Of a stretch of 64,000 nt of DNA, positions 50,137 to 61,619 are shown piece after piece. Below the pieces are notes generated by a model, which was not told where the DNA came from, made no database searches, and was given only the letters and a program-made list of their open reading frames with translations. The DNA is from Longimicrobiales bacterium (GTDB lineage: Bacteria; Gemmatimonadota; Gemmatimonadetes; Longimicrobiales; Gaopeijiaceae), in NCBI GenBank assembly GCA_965226375.1, contig CBDDCX010000006.1, positions 288,001-352,000 on the forward strand, read 5' to 3'. Numbering within the stretch: the first letter of the stretch is position 1; every line of letters begins with the position of its first letter. A program made the position numbers and the translations under genes.

Positions 50137-51357
50137 ATGCGGGGACACCGTGCGATGCCTGTCCTGGCGTTGGTGGCGGCGCTGATATCGCCACTTGCGA
50201 GCGTCCGCACGCTGATGGCTCAGTCGTTGGAGGAGTTCGATCGAGTCTACGACGAGTTGCGCCAGGGACTTCAGTACGAGAGCGACGTCCCCACCGGGCG
50301 CATCGAGCTCACCCGCAAGAATCGCGACGGGCTGCTTCACCGCTACCTGCTGCTCATCCCGGAAAGCTACGATCCCGCACGGCGTTACCCGGTCAGTGTG
50401 TACCTGCACGGCGGTGTGGGCCGGCCTGATCCGGGCCCCGGGGGCGGATGGTGGCGCAACACCGAGCGTGTCACGAGCGAAGACCACATCGCCGTCATGC
50501 CCCTCTCGACGCGTGAGTCGCTGTGGTGGCAGGCGAGTCAGGTAGAGAACCTCAACGCGATCCTGACCGACCTGAAACAGACGTACAACGTGGACGAGAA
50601 TCGTGTGTTCGTGACAGGCGTGTCGGACGGAGGTACCGGTGTGTACTTCCTGGGCTTTCGGGACACCACACCGTGGGCCGGCTTCCTGCCGTTTATCGGA
50701 TATCCGGGTGTGCTGTTGAACCCCCGGGTGGGGGCCGACGGGATGATGCACCTCGCGAACCTGGTCAACAAGCCGCTCTTCATCGTGAACGGTGAGACCG
50801 ATCGACTCTACCCCGTCCGTAACATGGCGCCGTTCCTCGAGGACTTCGAGAAGCTGGGTGTCGATTTCGTGTTCACGCCCAAGCCGGGGGGACACAGCAC
50901 GAGTTGGTGGCCGGACGAGGTCGACAACATCGCGGACTTCATGGAATCCCACCCGAGAGATCCACTTCCCGACCGGGTCATCTGGGTGACGGAGTGGACC
51001 GACCGGTACAACCGGGCGCACTGGGTGGTCATCGACAAGATCGGGGACATCAAAGGCGACGAGGACAGGGGCGAGTTGGCGAGCAAGACCTACGATGGGG
51101 CGAGCGCCCTCATCGACGCGGTCCGGGACGGTAACACGGTCACGATTCACGCGTACCACGCGCCGCGATTTACACTGCTCATCTCGCCCGCCGATTTCGA
51201 TCTCGACCAGCCTGTCCGCATCGTGACCAATGGAGAGGTATCTTTCGAGGGGCTCGTCGAGCCCAGCGTGGCCACTCTCCGCAAGTGGGCGGCGCGAGAC
51301 CATGACCGAACCATGCTCTTCGCGGCCGAGATCACGGTCGAGATAGAGTCACGATAA
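50137..51357 (+). CDS. Secreted alpha/beta-hydrolase (esterase/PHB-depolymerase-like)
   Basis: [25 protein letters not shown] nucleophile elbow, GETD, GGH. Confidence 0.78.
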   Translation: MRGHRAMPVLALVAALISPLASVRTLMAQSLEEFDRVYDELRQGLQYESDVPTGRIELTRKNRDGLLHRYLLLIPESYDPARRYPVSVYLHGGVGRPDPGPGGGWWRNTERVTSEDHIAVMPLSTRESLWWQASQVENLNAILTDLKQTYNVDENRVFVTGVSDGGTGVYFLGFRDTTPWAGFLPFIGYPGVLLNPRVGADGMMHLANLVNKPLFIVNGETDRLYPVRNMAPFLEDFEKLGVDFVFTPKPGGHSTSWWPDEVDNIADFMESHPRDPLPDRVIWVTEWTDRYNRAHWVVIDKIGDIKGDEDRGELASKTYDGASALIDAVRDGNTVTIHAYHAPRFTLLISPADFDLDQPVRIVTNGEVSFEGLVEPSVATLRKWAARDHDRTMLFAAEITVEIESR

Positions 51358-51367
51358 GAGACCACGC

Positions 51368-52357
51368 ATGAGTTTTCCGAGGCGCCGACTACGACGGCTT
51401 CGCCAGAACGAGACTTGGCGGCGGGCGGTGAGGGCAACGGCGCTCTCCGTGAACGACCTCGTTTATCCCCTCTTCGTCGTAGAGGGAGAGGGAGTGAGAA
51501 ACCCCGTGTCGAGCATGCCCGGGGTCTTCCAGCTTTCGGTGGACCTCGCGGTGGAGGAGGCGAGGGAGGCCCACGAGCTGGGTATTACTGCGATCATCCT
51601 CTTCGGCGTTCTCGACGACGAGCAGAAGGATGCCCAGGGCTCTGCCGGTGACGATCCCGAGGGCATCGTCCCCCGAGCGATTCGGGCCATCAAGGCCGCG
51701 GTCCCCGACCTGCTGGTGTGGGCGGACGTCTGTCTGTGCGAGTACACCGATCACGGCCATTGCGGTTTGCTGAACGAGGCAGGAGAGGTGGACAATGACG
51801 CGTCGCTCCCACTCCTGACCCGCGCGGCCGTCACCTACGCTGAAGCCGGCGCCGACGCGGTAGCTCCCAGCGACATGATGGATGGCCGCGTGGGTGCAAT
51901 CCGCACGGCCCTCGACATAGCCGAGCTTCCCGATGTGGTGATTGTCGCTTATTCGGCCAAGTACGCTTCGGCATACTACGGACCCTTCCGCGATGCGGCT
52001 CACTCGGCCCCCGCCCACGGGGACCGGCGCGCCTATCAGATGGATCCACCCAATGGCGACGAAGCACTGCGCGAGGTGGAGTTGGACATCGAGGAGGGCG
52101 CAGACATCGTCATGGTCAAACCGGCCGGACCGTATATGGACGTCGTCTTTCGGGTGAAGGAAGCGTTCGGCATGCCCACGGCGGCGTATCAGGTGTCGGG
52201 CGAGTACTCCATCATCAAGGCCGCGGCCGAAAAGGGTTGGATCGACGAGGATCGTATGGTCATGGAGAGCTTGGTGGGACTCAAGCGGGCCGGGGCCGAC
52301 CTGATCCTCACGTACTTTGCCAAAGACGCCGCCCGGGCGTTGAAGGGACAGGCGTGA
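51368..52357 (+). CDS. hemB: Porphobilinogen synthase
   Basis: [48 protein letters not shown]. Confidence 0.97.
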   Translation: MSFPRRRLRRLRQNETWRRAVRATALSVNDLVYPLFVVEGEGVRNPVSSMPGVFQLSVDLAVEEAREAHELGITAIILFGVLDDEQKDAQGSAGDDPEGIVPRAIRAIKAAVPDLLVWADVCLCEYTDHGHCGLLNEAGEVDNDASLPLLTRAAVTYAEAGADAVAPSDMMDGRVGAIRTALDIAELPDVVIVAYSAKYASAYYGPFRDAAHSAPAHGDRRAYQMDPPNGDEALREVELDIEEGADIVMVKPAGPYMDVVFRVKEAFGMPTAAYQVSGEYSIIKAAAEKGWIDEDRMVMESLVGLKRAGADLILTYFAKDAARALKGQA

Positions 52358-53466
52358 GTGACGCCGCGGGGGCCGCGACCCCCGAGGCTGGGGCGGGGCC
52401 GGCGGCTCCAGATGCCGAGGTGGCCGTTTCTCCTTTCATCGCGGCGTGCCGTTGTGAGCCGGTGGAGTACACCCCGGTGTGGATCATGCGGCAGGCCGGA
52501 CGTTACCTGCCCGAGTACCGGAAGATCAGGGCGGAGGTCGACTTTCTGACGCTCACCAAGACGCCCGACCTGGCAGCCGAGGTGACGATTCAACCGATCC
52601 GTCGCTTCGGGATGGACGCCGCCATTCTCTTCAGCGACATCATGACGCCCATCGAGGGTATGGGCGTGTCTCTCGACTTCGCACCCGGGCCGGTGATCGA
52701 GAACCCGATTCGGACCTTGGCTCAGGTGGATGCGCTCCGGGTGCCTGATCCTGAGGAGAGCGTGCCCTTCGTTCTCGAGACCGTGCGCATTCTGAGCGGG
52801 GAACTCCCCGTGTCGGCGCCACTGATCGGGTTTGCCGGAGCCCCCTTCACGGTCTTCTGTTACTTGGTCCAGGGGCATGGCTCCAAGACCTTCGCTGAAG
52901 CCAAGGGCTTTCTGTTCGCCGAGCCGGAGGCCTCCCACAAGCTTCTCGAGAAGCTTGCCGACACAACGATCGCCTACATGCGGGCACAGGCCGATGCGGG
53001 TGCTCAGGCGCTCATGCTCTTCGATTCCTGGGCGGGCCTACTGGGACCCGAGGCATATGAGAGGTTCGCGTTCCCGGCGGTTCGACGCGTGATGGAGGCG
53101 CTCCGGCCCCTCGGTGTGCCACTGATCTACTTTCCGAACCAGGGAGCGACGCTGTTGGAGACGGCGCGGGACTGTGGCTCCGACGTGGTCGGGGTCGACT
53201 GGCGACTCCCTCTCTCACGAGCACGGGAGATTCTGGGTCCCGATGTCGCGGTGCAGGGCAATCTCGATCCAGCGGCGCTCTTCGCGTCACGCGATGAGCT
53301 TGGCCGGCAGGTCGATCGGGTGCTCGCTGAGGCGGGTTCCGCGCCCGGACACGTGTTCAACCTCGGTCACGGTATCGAGAGGACCACCGATCCAGACGCT
53401 GTCGCCTTCCTCGTCGACCGGGTCCACGAGGTGTCGAGCCGGGTGGTCAGCGCAGCACGGCCCTAG
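52354..53466 (+). CDS. hemE: Uroporphyrinogen decarboxylase
   Basis: [48 protein letters not shown] overlaps the hemB stop. Confidence 0.96.
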   Translation: MSDAAGAATPEAGAGPAAPDAEVAVSPFIAACRCEPVEYTPVWIMRQAGRYLPEYRKIRAEVDFLTLTKTPDLAAEVTIQPIRRFGMDAAILFSDIMTPIEGMGVSLDFAPGPVIENPIRTLAQVDALRVPDPEESVPFVLETVRILSGELPVSAPLIGFAGAPFTVFCYLVQGHGSKTFAEAKGFLFAEPEASHKLLEKLADTTIAYMRAQADAGAQALMLFDSWAGLLGPEAYERFAFPAVRRVMEALRPLGVPLIYFPNQGATLLETARDCGSDVVGVDWRLPLSRAREILGPDVAVQGNLDPAALFASRDELGRQVDRVLAEAGSAPGHVFNLGHGIERTTDPDAVAFLVDRVHEVSSRVVSAARP

Positions 53467-53499
53467 TGATCTTGGACAGCGGCGCTCCCGGTCAAAGAG

Positions 53500-53533
53500 A
53501 GCTCCCCCCCCGCCTGAACGGCGGAGGGGAGCG
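53500..53533. terminator. Hairpin between convergent hemE and nirK
   Basis: GCTCCCC..CCGCC/GGCGG.GGGGAGC stem. Confidence 0.5.
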
Positions 53534-53589
53534 GGATGAGGAGCCCGACGAGAATGAGCCGAAGCATGATCACGTTCTCTGAATGATCG

Positions 53590-54670
53590 CTACTGGATGA
53601 TGGCTGTGGTCTTGGGGTTGGCGTTGAACAGGTCCGGCTGATCCTCGCCGTACACGTTCAGCATGCCCAGGGCGCCCTTGTCGAAGGCCCGGAAGATCGA
53701 GTGGTCGACCAGGATGAAGGTTCCGGGCACGTCCACGCGGAATTCAGCGATGGTGGCGCCGCCCGCGGGAACCAAGGTGGTCTGCACGTTCTTGTTGACG
53801 GTCGAGCCGCCCTCGGGGTAGACGTTGTCGAAGATCTCGCCGATGACGTGGAAGCTGGACACGAGGTTCGGGCCACCGTTGCCGACGAAGAGACGGACCG
53901 TCTCACCCACGTTGGCCGTGAGGGCCAAGTCGTCCGTGAGTGATCCCACGGCTCCGTTGAACACCACGTAGGTCGGGTTCTCGGAAAGGGCCTTCTCGTA
54001 GCTGAAGGGCTGGTGGCCCTTGGCGCCGAAGTTGCCCTGCGTGTAGAACTCACCCTGCATGACGTAGTACTCGTTGTCGACCGGGGGCAGCCCCTCTTCG
54101 GGCTCCACCAGAATCATGCCGTACATCCCGTTGGCGATGTGCATGCCCACGGGGGCCGTGGCGCAGTGGTATACGTAGAGGCCGGGGTTCAGGGCGGTGA
54201 ACGTGAAGACGGTCTCCTGGCCGGGACCGGTGAAGGTGGCCTTGGCTCCGCCGCCGGGGCCTGTCACGGCGTGCAGGTCGATGTTGTGGGGGACCATGCT
54301 GGACTCATGGTTCTTCAGATGGAACTCGACCAGGTCGCCCTCACGTACGCGGATGAAGTTACCCGGCACGTCCCCGCCAAAGGTCCAGAACGTGTAGTCG
54401 ACGCCGTCGGCGATACGCTTGGTAGTCTCCAGGACTTCGAGGTCTACGATCACCTTGGTGGCGGTAGTCCCGGGTGATTGCCGGGGGCACGTTGGGGGCC
54501 GCCACCAGAACGGCCGTCTCTTCGCCCCGAATTTCCGGTGCGGTGCGGACCGGGATGGCCTCGTCATACGTGGTGGTTTTCGGAATAAGGATGCTGGCGG
54601 CCAGTACGACGATCAGTCCAAGAGCAGCCAGCGTCTTCTGGATTCTGCCCGTATGGCTATTCGTGGTCAT
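53590..54670 (-). CDS. nirK: Copper-containing nitrite reductase, frameshifted near 54465 (pseudogene or sequence error)
   Basis: [41 protein letters not shown]-terminus with TM anchor and APNVPPAI is in another frame. Confidence 0.92.
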
Positions 54671-54968
54671 TTTGTAGCTCTCTCTCTCGAGTAGTTGTTG
54701 CTTCGGGTACTCTGCTGCCGATGCCGGGTGTCGCGGCCTCGGGCGGATTATCGATTCACGCATGTCTATATGATCGTTTATCCGTGTGGGTGTGGGAGTC
54801 GGGAGAAAGGGAGTTCGCCGTGTGGGAAAGTGGAGAAGACCGTGTAGGGTTTTTCCCCTGGCCGAAACGTCCGGGCCGACTGCAACTGTCGCGCCATGGC
54901 GCCCCGCGTGTGCCCGCCCTAAGGTGACAGCCATCGCAAAAGGTCCATCGCGGGAGGTACCGGTGTTC

Positions 54969-57524
54969 ATGTTCAAAGGTCTTCGGCCCCAGTCGCTGCT
55001 GTGCGCTCTTCTTCTCGGCGGAACGCTCGCCATCGGGCCCGTCACACCCCATGTCGCCGCGGCTCAGGATGCTCCGGCGGTCAACCCCGACGCGGACCGC
55101 TACGTCCTTCCGTCGGCTTCGATCCGACAGCTGTTCGAGACGGACAAGAACTACGCGACGCTGAACTACATGAGCCCGAACGGTGAGCATTTTGTGGTGC
55201 CGCATGTGACGGAGCTCTCCACCCTCGACCTCATGTCGAGGAAGACCTACCGCTTGGCCGAGCTGGAGCTTCGGCCCCAGACGGATCGGCTCTGGCACCT
55301 GGACACCTACGGGATCGACGGGCTGCGCTTTTACTCGCTCAGCGGGAAGAACTTCGTTGATGTCGATCTTCCCGAAGGCAGCTTCGTGAGCGACCTGACC
55401 TGGTCGCCGGATGGGTCACGGATGGCGTTTCTGGCTCATCTGACCGGCGGTACCGAGGTCTGGACCGCGGACCCGGCGAGCGGCCGAGCCGAGAGCCTCA
55501 GCACCGCGCGTGTTCTGGCCACCGTCGGCACGAGCGCCCGGGGGCAAGGAACCCAGCCCTCCCATATGCTGCAGTGGACCCCGGAGGGGACGGTGATTAC
55601 GCTGATCGTGCCGGAGGACCGAGGGCCGGAGCCGCCGCGCAACCCCGTGCCCACGGGTCCGGTGGTGCGCCGCACACGGGCCGAACCCACGCCCACGCCC
55701 ACCTACCCGAACCTGCTCAGGGACGACCACGACGAGACGCTCTTCGAGCGCTACACCACGAGCCAGGTCGCGGAATTGGAAGAGGGCAGAGCACCCAGAC
55801 TGATGGGTGAGCCGGCCATGTTCGAGTCGATCTCGCTGAGTCCCGACGGCCGGCATCTGCTGACTACCGCCATCGAGCGGCCATTCTCGTTCCGCACAGC
55901 CTATCGAGGGTTCCCTCGTCGGATCTCCGTCATGGACAGACAGGGCACCGTGGTGGTGACGCTGGACGAACGGCCCCTGCAGGAGGGGAGGAGTCGCCCC
56001 GGCGAGGACGCGGGAACGGAGCCGCGGGGGTTCGCGTGGCGGCCCGACGGGGTTGGGATCTCCTACCTGAAGCGGGCGGACGCCGACTCCGATGACAGCG
56101 GGCCCGGTCAGGCCGGAAGCACGCAGCCCGATCGTGTCATGTTGCTCACACCGCCGTTCGATTTGGAGCAGGGTCGGGTCGTGGCCGAGAGCCAAGACCC
56201 GATCAGCTCGGTTACGTATGCACTCGATGGGGCCGGTGCGTTTGCAGGCGTCTCCAAGGACGACGAGTCGGGCCTGGCGTACTGGGACCTGAGTGGGAGC
56301 ACCCCGGCGAGGCGCATGTTGGTCGATTTTCACGAAACCGATGATCCCACCGAGCAGCCCGGTGACCTGTGGACATCTCGTAGCGGGAACGGCATCTCGT
56401 TCGCGCTCGTGTCCTCGGACTCCCGATCGGCATACCTCAAGGGCGACGGGCATAGGGCGGATTTCCGGCCCCAGCCTTTTGTGGACCGGGTTGGTGTATC
56501 CGATGGCTCGACATCGCGAGTGTTCGAGGGTGCAAGCGACTCGTTCGATCGGCCGCTGATCGCCCTCGACGGCGACCTCACCAGCATGATCGTGAGCCGC
56601 GAGTCCATGACGGACTTTCCCCAGAGCTATCGGTGGACCGAGGGCGGCTCCATGGAGCTCCTCACCGACAACGTGGACCCGTTCCCGGCCGTGACCGCCG
56701 CCCGCCGCATCGACTTCGATTTCGAGCGGCAGGACGGAACAGAGGTTCAGGGCCGGGTGTCACTCCCCGTGGACTACGAAGAAGGCCAGAAGGTGCCTGC
56801 CATCTTCTGGACCTACCCACGGGAATACGAACAGCCGGAGGAATACCAGAGCGCCACGGTGCGGGCACGGAATCGGAACGCCTTCACTCACATGAGCTGG
56901 CTGCGTTGGTCCGATATCTGGCTCACGCAGGGCTACGCGCTGATCTATCCCGACATTCCCATCATCGGTGAGAACTACAACGACACGTACATATCGAGTC
57001 TGGTAGACGCGATGTACGGTGCTATTCGGGCGGTGGATGGCCTGGGGATGATCGATATCGATCGCATCGGGCATGGTGGTCACAGCTACGGGGCCTTCGC
57101 GACCGCGAACATCCTGGCCAACAGCCCCTACTTCAAGGCGGGGATCGCCGGGGACGGAGCCTACAACCGGTCGCTGACGCCGGCCGGCTTCCAGGCCGAG
57201 CGCCGGAGCATCTGGGAGGCACCGCAGACCTACATCGAGATGTCCCCCTTCTTCAAGGCCGATCAGATGAACACGCCGCTCCTCATGTACCACGGAGGCG
57301 ATGACAACAACACGGGGACGTTCCCGATTCAGTCGGAGCGCTTTATCCAGGCCCTCACCACGCTCGGCAAGCCCGCCGTCCTCTATGTCTATCCGTACGA
57401 GTCACATACGCCCCGTGCTATCGAGAACAAGCTCGACATGTGGGCGCGCTTCATCGGTTGGTTCGACGAACATGTGAAGGGAGCGGGTGGGGAGGGGGAT
57501 GTCATCTCGGAAGGGGCGCGCTAG
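54969..57524 (+). CDS. S9-family peptidase (glutamyl peptidase-like)
   Basis: Signal peptide, WSPDG, YPREY, GGHSYGAF, YNRSLTP.GFQ.E.R, DNNTGTFP.QSER, ESH. Confidence 0.9.
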   Translation: MFKGLRPQSLLCALLLGGTLAIGPVTPHVAAAQDAPAVNPDADRYVLPSASIRQLFETDKNYATLNYMSPNGEHFVVPHVTELSTLDLMSRKTYRLAELELRPQTDRLWHLDTYGIDGLRFYSLSGKNFVDVDLPEGSFVSDLTWSPDGSRMAFLAHLTGGTEVWTADPASGRAESLSTARVLATVGTSARGQGTQPSHMLQWTPEGTVITLIVPEDRGPEPPRNPVPTGPVVRRTRAEPTPTPTYPNLLRDDHDETLFERYTTSQVAELEEGRAPRLMGEPAMFESISLSPDGRHLLTTAIERPFSFRTAYRGFPRRISVMDRQGTVVVTLDERPLQEGRSRPGEDAGTEPRGFAWRPDGVGISYLKRADADSDDSGPGQAGSTQPDRVMLLTPPFDLEQGRVVAESQDPISSVTYALDGAGAFAGVSKDDESGLAYWDLSGSTPARRMLVDFHETDDPTEQPGDLWTSRSGNGISFALVSSDSRSAYLKGDGHRADFRPQPFVDRVGVSDGSTSRVFEGASDSFDRPLIALDGDLTSMIVSRESMTDFPQSYRWTEGGSMELLTDNVDPFPAVTAARRIDFDFERQDGTEVQGRVSLPVDYEEGQKVPAIFWTYPREYEQPEEYQSATVRARNRNAFTHMSWLRWSDIWLTQGYALIYPDIPIIGENYNDTYISSLVDAMYGAIRAVDGLGMIDIDRIGHGGHSYGAFATANILANSPYFKAGIAGDGAYNRSLTPAGFQAERRSIWEAPQTYIEMSPFFKADQMNTPLLMYHGGDDNNTGTFPIQSERFIQALTTLGKPAVLYVYPYESHTPRAIENKLDMWARFIGWFDEHVKGAGGEGDVISEGAR

Positions 57525-57632
57525 CGATGCCGATCGGCCGCATTCCATAGCCTAGTCGCGAGCCTCGAGCGCGCCTACCAGCAGGTCCGTGCTGTTACTA
57601 TCTTATCTGTCGTTCCAGGTAGTGGTGGTGCA

Positions 57633-57706
<74 letters not shown>

Positions 57707-57938
57707 CTGTTGGAAGTCGAAGATATGTCGTGATCTGCCGGGTTCAATCGACAGGACAACCGACAGGAAACGGCCACGGGTCCCTCGCCTTAAGTGTCAG
57801 ACTGTAGACCTCAATCGGTGTCAGTTCCCTTTCTTGCCAACCCATCTTGAGGTCAGGTCAGCACGACGATCTTGCCACCGGCTGCATTCTCCTCCATGCG
57901 GAACCTGTCAACGACAATGGGACACTCTACGGGATTAA

Positions 57939-58946
57939 TTAGAGAGCAATGTCCTGTGTGGTGAGGGAAGGGATGGGAGGATTGATGAAGACGGCCTCCG
58001 GGAGCGGTTTGGGATTCGGCACACCTCTGACGAAGCGTTCGGGATGAGCGGCCCATGCTTCGCGGAGCACGGATTTCCTGCCGGCAATGACCTGATCGGC
58101 GTTCCCGAAGTGGACCTGCTCGGGGGTTAGCATCGAGATGCCGCCATGGCGGTGCTCGGCATTGTACCAGCGGAAGAACGATCGACAGAACGTCTTGGCT
58201 TGGCCCTGATCCCCGAACCGTCCGGGAAACGAGGGATGGTACTTCAAGGTTTTGAACTGAGCCTCGGAAAACGGGTTGTCATCCGACACCTGAGGCCGGC
58301 TCAACGAGCGGGTCACGCCGAGGTCAGCGAGAAGTTGAGCGGTGCATTGGCTCGTCATTGGAGCTCCCCGATCCGAGTGCAGGGTCAGGACCCGGGGCTG
58401 GACGCCATGCTTCAGGCAGCTCTGCTGGATCAACCGGCCGGCCAGGGCCGAGTTCTCCCGGTCCGCCACCATCCAGCCCACGACGTAGCGGCTGTAGATG
58501 TCCATGATGACGTAGAGGTAGTAATAGCTCCACTTCTTCGGCCCGAGCAGCCGCGTGATATCCCAGGACCACACCTGGTTCGGCGCCGTGGCCATCAACT
58601 CGGGCTTCTTGTACTCGGGATGGGTGCGCTGCGCCCGGCGTTCCTGAACCGGCACCTCGGAGGCCAGAACACGATACATCGTGCGTTCGCTGCACAGGTA
58701 GACCTCTTCGTCGAGCAGCGTGGCCACCACCTCGGCGGGTGAGCGGTCCACGAACCGCTCCGAACACAGCGTGTCGAAGACCTCGCCTCGTTCCGTCTCG
58801 CTCAATGCCCGGGCGGGCGTCGGGCGGGGCTGCTGTTGCCCGGTTGATGGGCCTCGACGACGGTACAACGTCGATCGGGAGACCTCGAGGGCCGCGCACG
58901 CCGGTTTTACACCGACGTGCTTAGCCAGCTCATCGGCCGCCTTCAA
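57939..58946 (-). CDS. IS3-family transposase OrfB (DDE integrase core)
   Basis: PNQVWSWDIT, DIYSRYVVGW, LHSDRG, SDDNPFSEAQFKTLKY, WYNAEHRH. Confidence 0.93.
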   Translation of the reverse strand: MKAADELAKHVGVKPACAALEVSRSTLYRRRGPSTGQQQPRPTPARALSETERGEVFDTLCSERFVDRSPAEVVATLLDEEVYLCSERTMYRVLASEVPVQERRAQRTHPEYKKPELMATAPNQVWSWDITRLLGPKKWSYYYLYVIMDIYSRYVVGWMVADRENSALAGRLIQQSCLKHGVQPRVLTLHSDRGAPMTSQCTAQLLADLGVTRSLSRPQVSDDNPFSEAQFKTLKYHPSFPGRFGDQGQAKTFCRSFFRWYNAEHRHGGISMLTPEQVHFGNADQVIAGRKSVLREAWAAHPERFVRGVPNPKPLPEAVFINPPIPSLTTQDIAL

Positions 58947-59371
58947 GAGTTTGTCCCGTCGTCGAGGCTTATCCCCAGCAGCCCCGCAACTTTTCCCTGC
59001 ACGTCGATGATCAGGTGTGCCTTCCTGAGCTCATTCCCGAGCCGTGCGTTTCGCCGCTCCAGCTTGCGTACCTTCTCATCCAGCGGATTTCGCTCCGGCT
59101 TGCGGCCGCGTTTCTTCGACAGGGCCTTCAGCGACCCGCTATGCGCCGCCTTGCGCCACGTCGTCAGGTGCGACGAGTACAGGCCCTCTCGCCGCAGGAC
59201 TTGACCCACCTCGCCGGGCTCGGTGCACCGGTCCGCTTCTTCGACGATCCGCAGCTTGTACGACGGACTGAACCGCCGCCGTAGCGGCCTATCTACTACC
59301 TCCGGGTCCGCAGGAGCTGCCGCGCTTCGCTTGGCCTCCCCGGTTCCAGGGGCACTACCATTCTCTGCCAT
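58943..59371 (-). CDS. IS3-family transposase OrfA
   Basis: RRRFSPSYKLRIVEEAD..LRREGLYSSHLTTWRK HTH plus coiled-coil; stop overlaps the orfB TTG. Confidence 0.9.
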   Translation of the reverse strand: MAENGSAPGTGEAKRSAAAPADPEVVDRPLRRRFSPSYKLRIVEEADRCTEPGEVGQVLRREGLYSSHLTTWRKAAHSGSLKALSKKRGRKPERNPLDEKVRKLERRNARLGNELRKAHLIIDVQGKVAGLLGISLDDGTNS

Positions 59372-59469
59372 TCTCTCTCGCAGTCCCAACATGTTCGTTT
59401 TCTCTGCCTTCGCCCTACTCTAATTCTTTGCGTGCTCCGTGTCTCACGTACGTTGGCAGAGAGGGGTGC

Positions 59470-60834
59470 GGGCTTGGGGTCTGACGATCCGATGAGCGGC
59501 CCATGCTTCGCGGAGCACGGATTTCCTGCCGGCAATGACCTGATCGGCGTTCCCTGGACCTGCCTCGGGGGTTAGCATCGAGATGCCGCCATGGCGGTGC
59601 TCGGCATTGTACCAGCGGAAGAACGATCGACAGAACGTCTTGGCTTGGCCCTGTCCCGGACCGTCCGGGAAACGAGGGATGGTACTTCAAGGTTTTCTGA
59701 GCCTCGGAAAAGCGACACCTGAGGCCGGCTCAACGAGCGGGTCACGCCGAGGTCAGCGAGAAGTTGCTGCATTGGCTCGGCGATCCGAGTGAGGGTCAGG
59801 ACCCGGGGCTCCATGAACTTCAGGCAGCTCTGCTGGTCAACCGGCCGGCCAGGGCCGAGTTCTCCCGGTCCGCCACCATCCAGCCCACGACGTAGCGGCT
59901 GTAGATGTCCATGATGACGTAGAGGTAGTAATAGCTCCACTTCTTCGGCCCGAGCAGCCGCGTGATATCCCAGGACCACACCTGGTTCGGCGCCGTGCCA
60001 TCAACTCGGGCTTCTTGTACTCGGGATGGGTGGGTTCCTGAACCGGCACCTCGGAGGCCAGAACACGATACATCGTGCGTTCTGCACAGGTAGACCTCTT
60101 CGTCGAGCAGCGTGGCTCGGCGGGTGAGCGGTGTCCGAACACAGCGTGTGCGAAGACCTCGCCTCGTTCCGTCTCGCTCAATGCCCGGGCGGGCGTCGGG
60201 CGGGGCTGCTGTTGCCCGGTTGATGGGCCTCGACGACGGTACAACGTCGATCGGGAGACCTCGAGGGCCGCGCACGCCGGTTTTACACCGACGTGCTTAG
60301 CCAGCTCATCGGCCGCCTTCAAGAGTTTGTCCCGTCGTCGAGGCTTATCCCCAGCAGCCCCGCAACTTTTCCCTGCACGTCGATGATCAGGTGTGCCTTC
60401 CTGAGCTCATTCCCGAGCCGTGCGTTTCGCCGCTCCAGCTTGCGTACCTTCTCATCCAGCGGATTTCGCTCCGGCTTGCGGCCGCGTTTCTTCGACAGGG
60501 CCTTCAGCGACCCGCTATGCGCCGCCTTGCGCCACGTCGTCAGGTGCGACGAGTACAGGCCCTCTCGCCGCAGGACTTGACCCACCTCGCCGGGCTCGGT
60601 GCACCGGTCCGCTTCTTCGACGATCCGCAGCTTGTACGACGGACTGAACCGCCGCCGTAGCGGCCTATCTACTACCTCCGGGTCCGCAGGAGCTGCCGCG
60701 CTTCGCTTGGCCTCCCCGGTTCCAGGGGCACTACCATTCTCTGCCATTCTCTCTCGCAGTCCCAACATGTTCGTTTTCTCTGCCTTCGCCCTACTCTAAT
60801 TCTTTGCGTGCTCCGTGTCTCACGTACGTTGGCA
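59470..60834 (-). mobile_element. Second tandem IS3 copy: orfA intact, orfB broken by many small indels
   Basis: Matches copy 1 at an offset of 1376 over ~60160-60845; ~59470-60160 has numerous short deletions. Confidence 0.8.
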
Positions 60835-60855
60835 GAGAGGGGTGCTTCCCTCCAT

Positions 60856-61111
60856 GGAGGCCCTCGAATCCCTCAGCCAGGAAACGATTCCACCACGTGT
60901 ATCCGGCGGTCCTGCTGATGCCGTAACGCCTACAGGACTCGGAGAAACTGAAGCTGCGTTGCTGAACTTCGAGGATGAAAAGTACTCTTTGCTCGTACAT
61001 GGTCGACTGGTTCCAGTCCATCGGGCTCTCCTTGTTGCAGAACCCTGGTTGATAGGAACCTGTCAACCATCAGTGTAGGCCATTGTGTAAAGGATCAGGG
61101 TAGGCTGTACC
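60856..61111 (-). mobile_element. IS481-family remnant (one end plus N-terminal HTH, ATG 61021)
   Basis: MDWNQSTMYEQRVLFI..SFSESCRRYGISRTAGYTWWNRF..EG.EGL; 20-bp subterminal repeats at 61061 and 61086 (16/20 identical). Confidence 0.75.
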
Positions 61112-61619
61112 CTCGCTTCCGATAACAGGTAGCCGCTCACTGGGATCTTGCGTCCGGGAGGGCCATTTGGCAAACGGTTCCTGCGACTCTGTGTCGCCCG
61201 TCGCGGTCGGCACATCGGGTAGGGCTACAGGTGTCTCCCCCCCTACCGCCACCCTACAGTGGGAAGGCACGAGGAGCTGTTTTCAAGACCCTTTGTCGTC
61301 GGCTGCCCCTTACGCGTTTGCGGGTCCGCCGTGCGCGTGACAAGGGCTATGGCGGGTCTGAAGCGGTCAGGCGTGTGGGGCCTCCGGGGGACTTTTACCG
61401 GCTAAGCCCCATGAGCTTGGGGACAAGGTCAGGCTGCGGACCAAGCGGTTGGCGTGCATACCGAGCTCTGCTGCCTAGTGCGGACCGCGCGCTGGTGCCG
61501 TATGAGTGACGCCGACGACGTTCAGGGTGCCAGCGCCGTCAACGCAGCCATCATCCGCTTCATGCCGTCGGGGAACATCGCTGCCATTGCACTCGGTGCT
61601 TCCTTGCCCTGATCACGCA

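Larger units (their letters stand above)
57906..59458 (-). mobile_element. IS3-family insertion sequence, copy 1 (exact ends uncertain by ~10 bp)
   Basis: Imperfect inverted ends TGTCAACGACAATGGGACAC / (reverse complement) TGCCAACGTACGTGAGACAC around overlapping orfA/orfB. Confidence 0.85.

Noticed and set aside
54740..54790. FNR box upstream of nirK
   Set aside because: The best candidate (ATGATCGTTTATCC) does not fit TTGAT-N4-ATCAA
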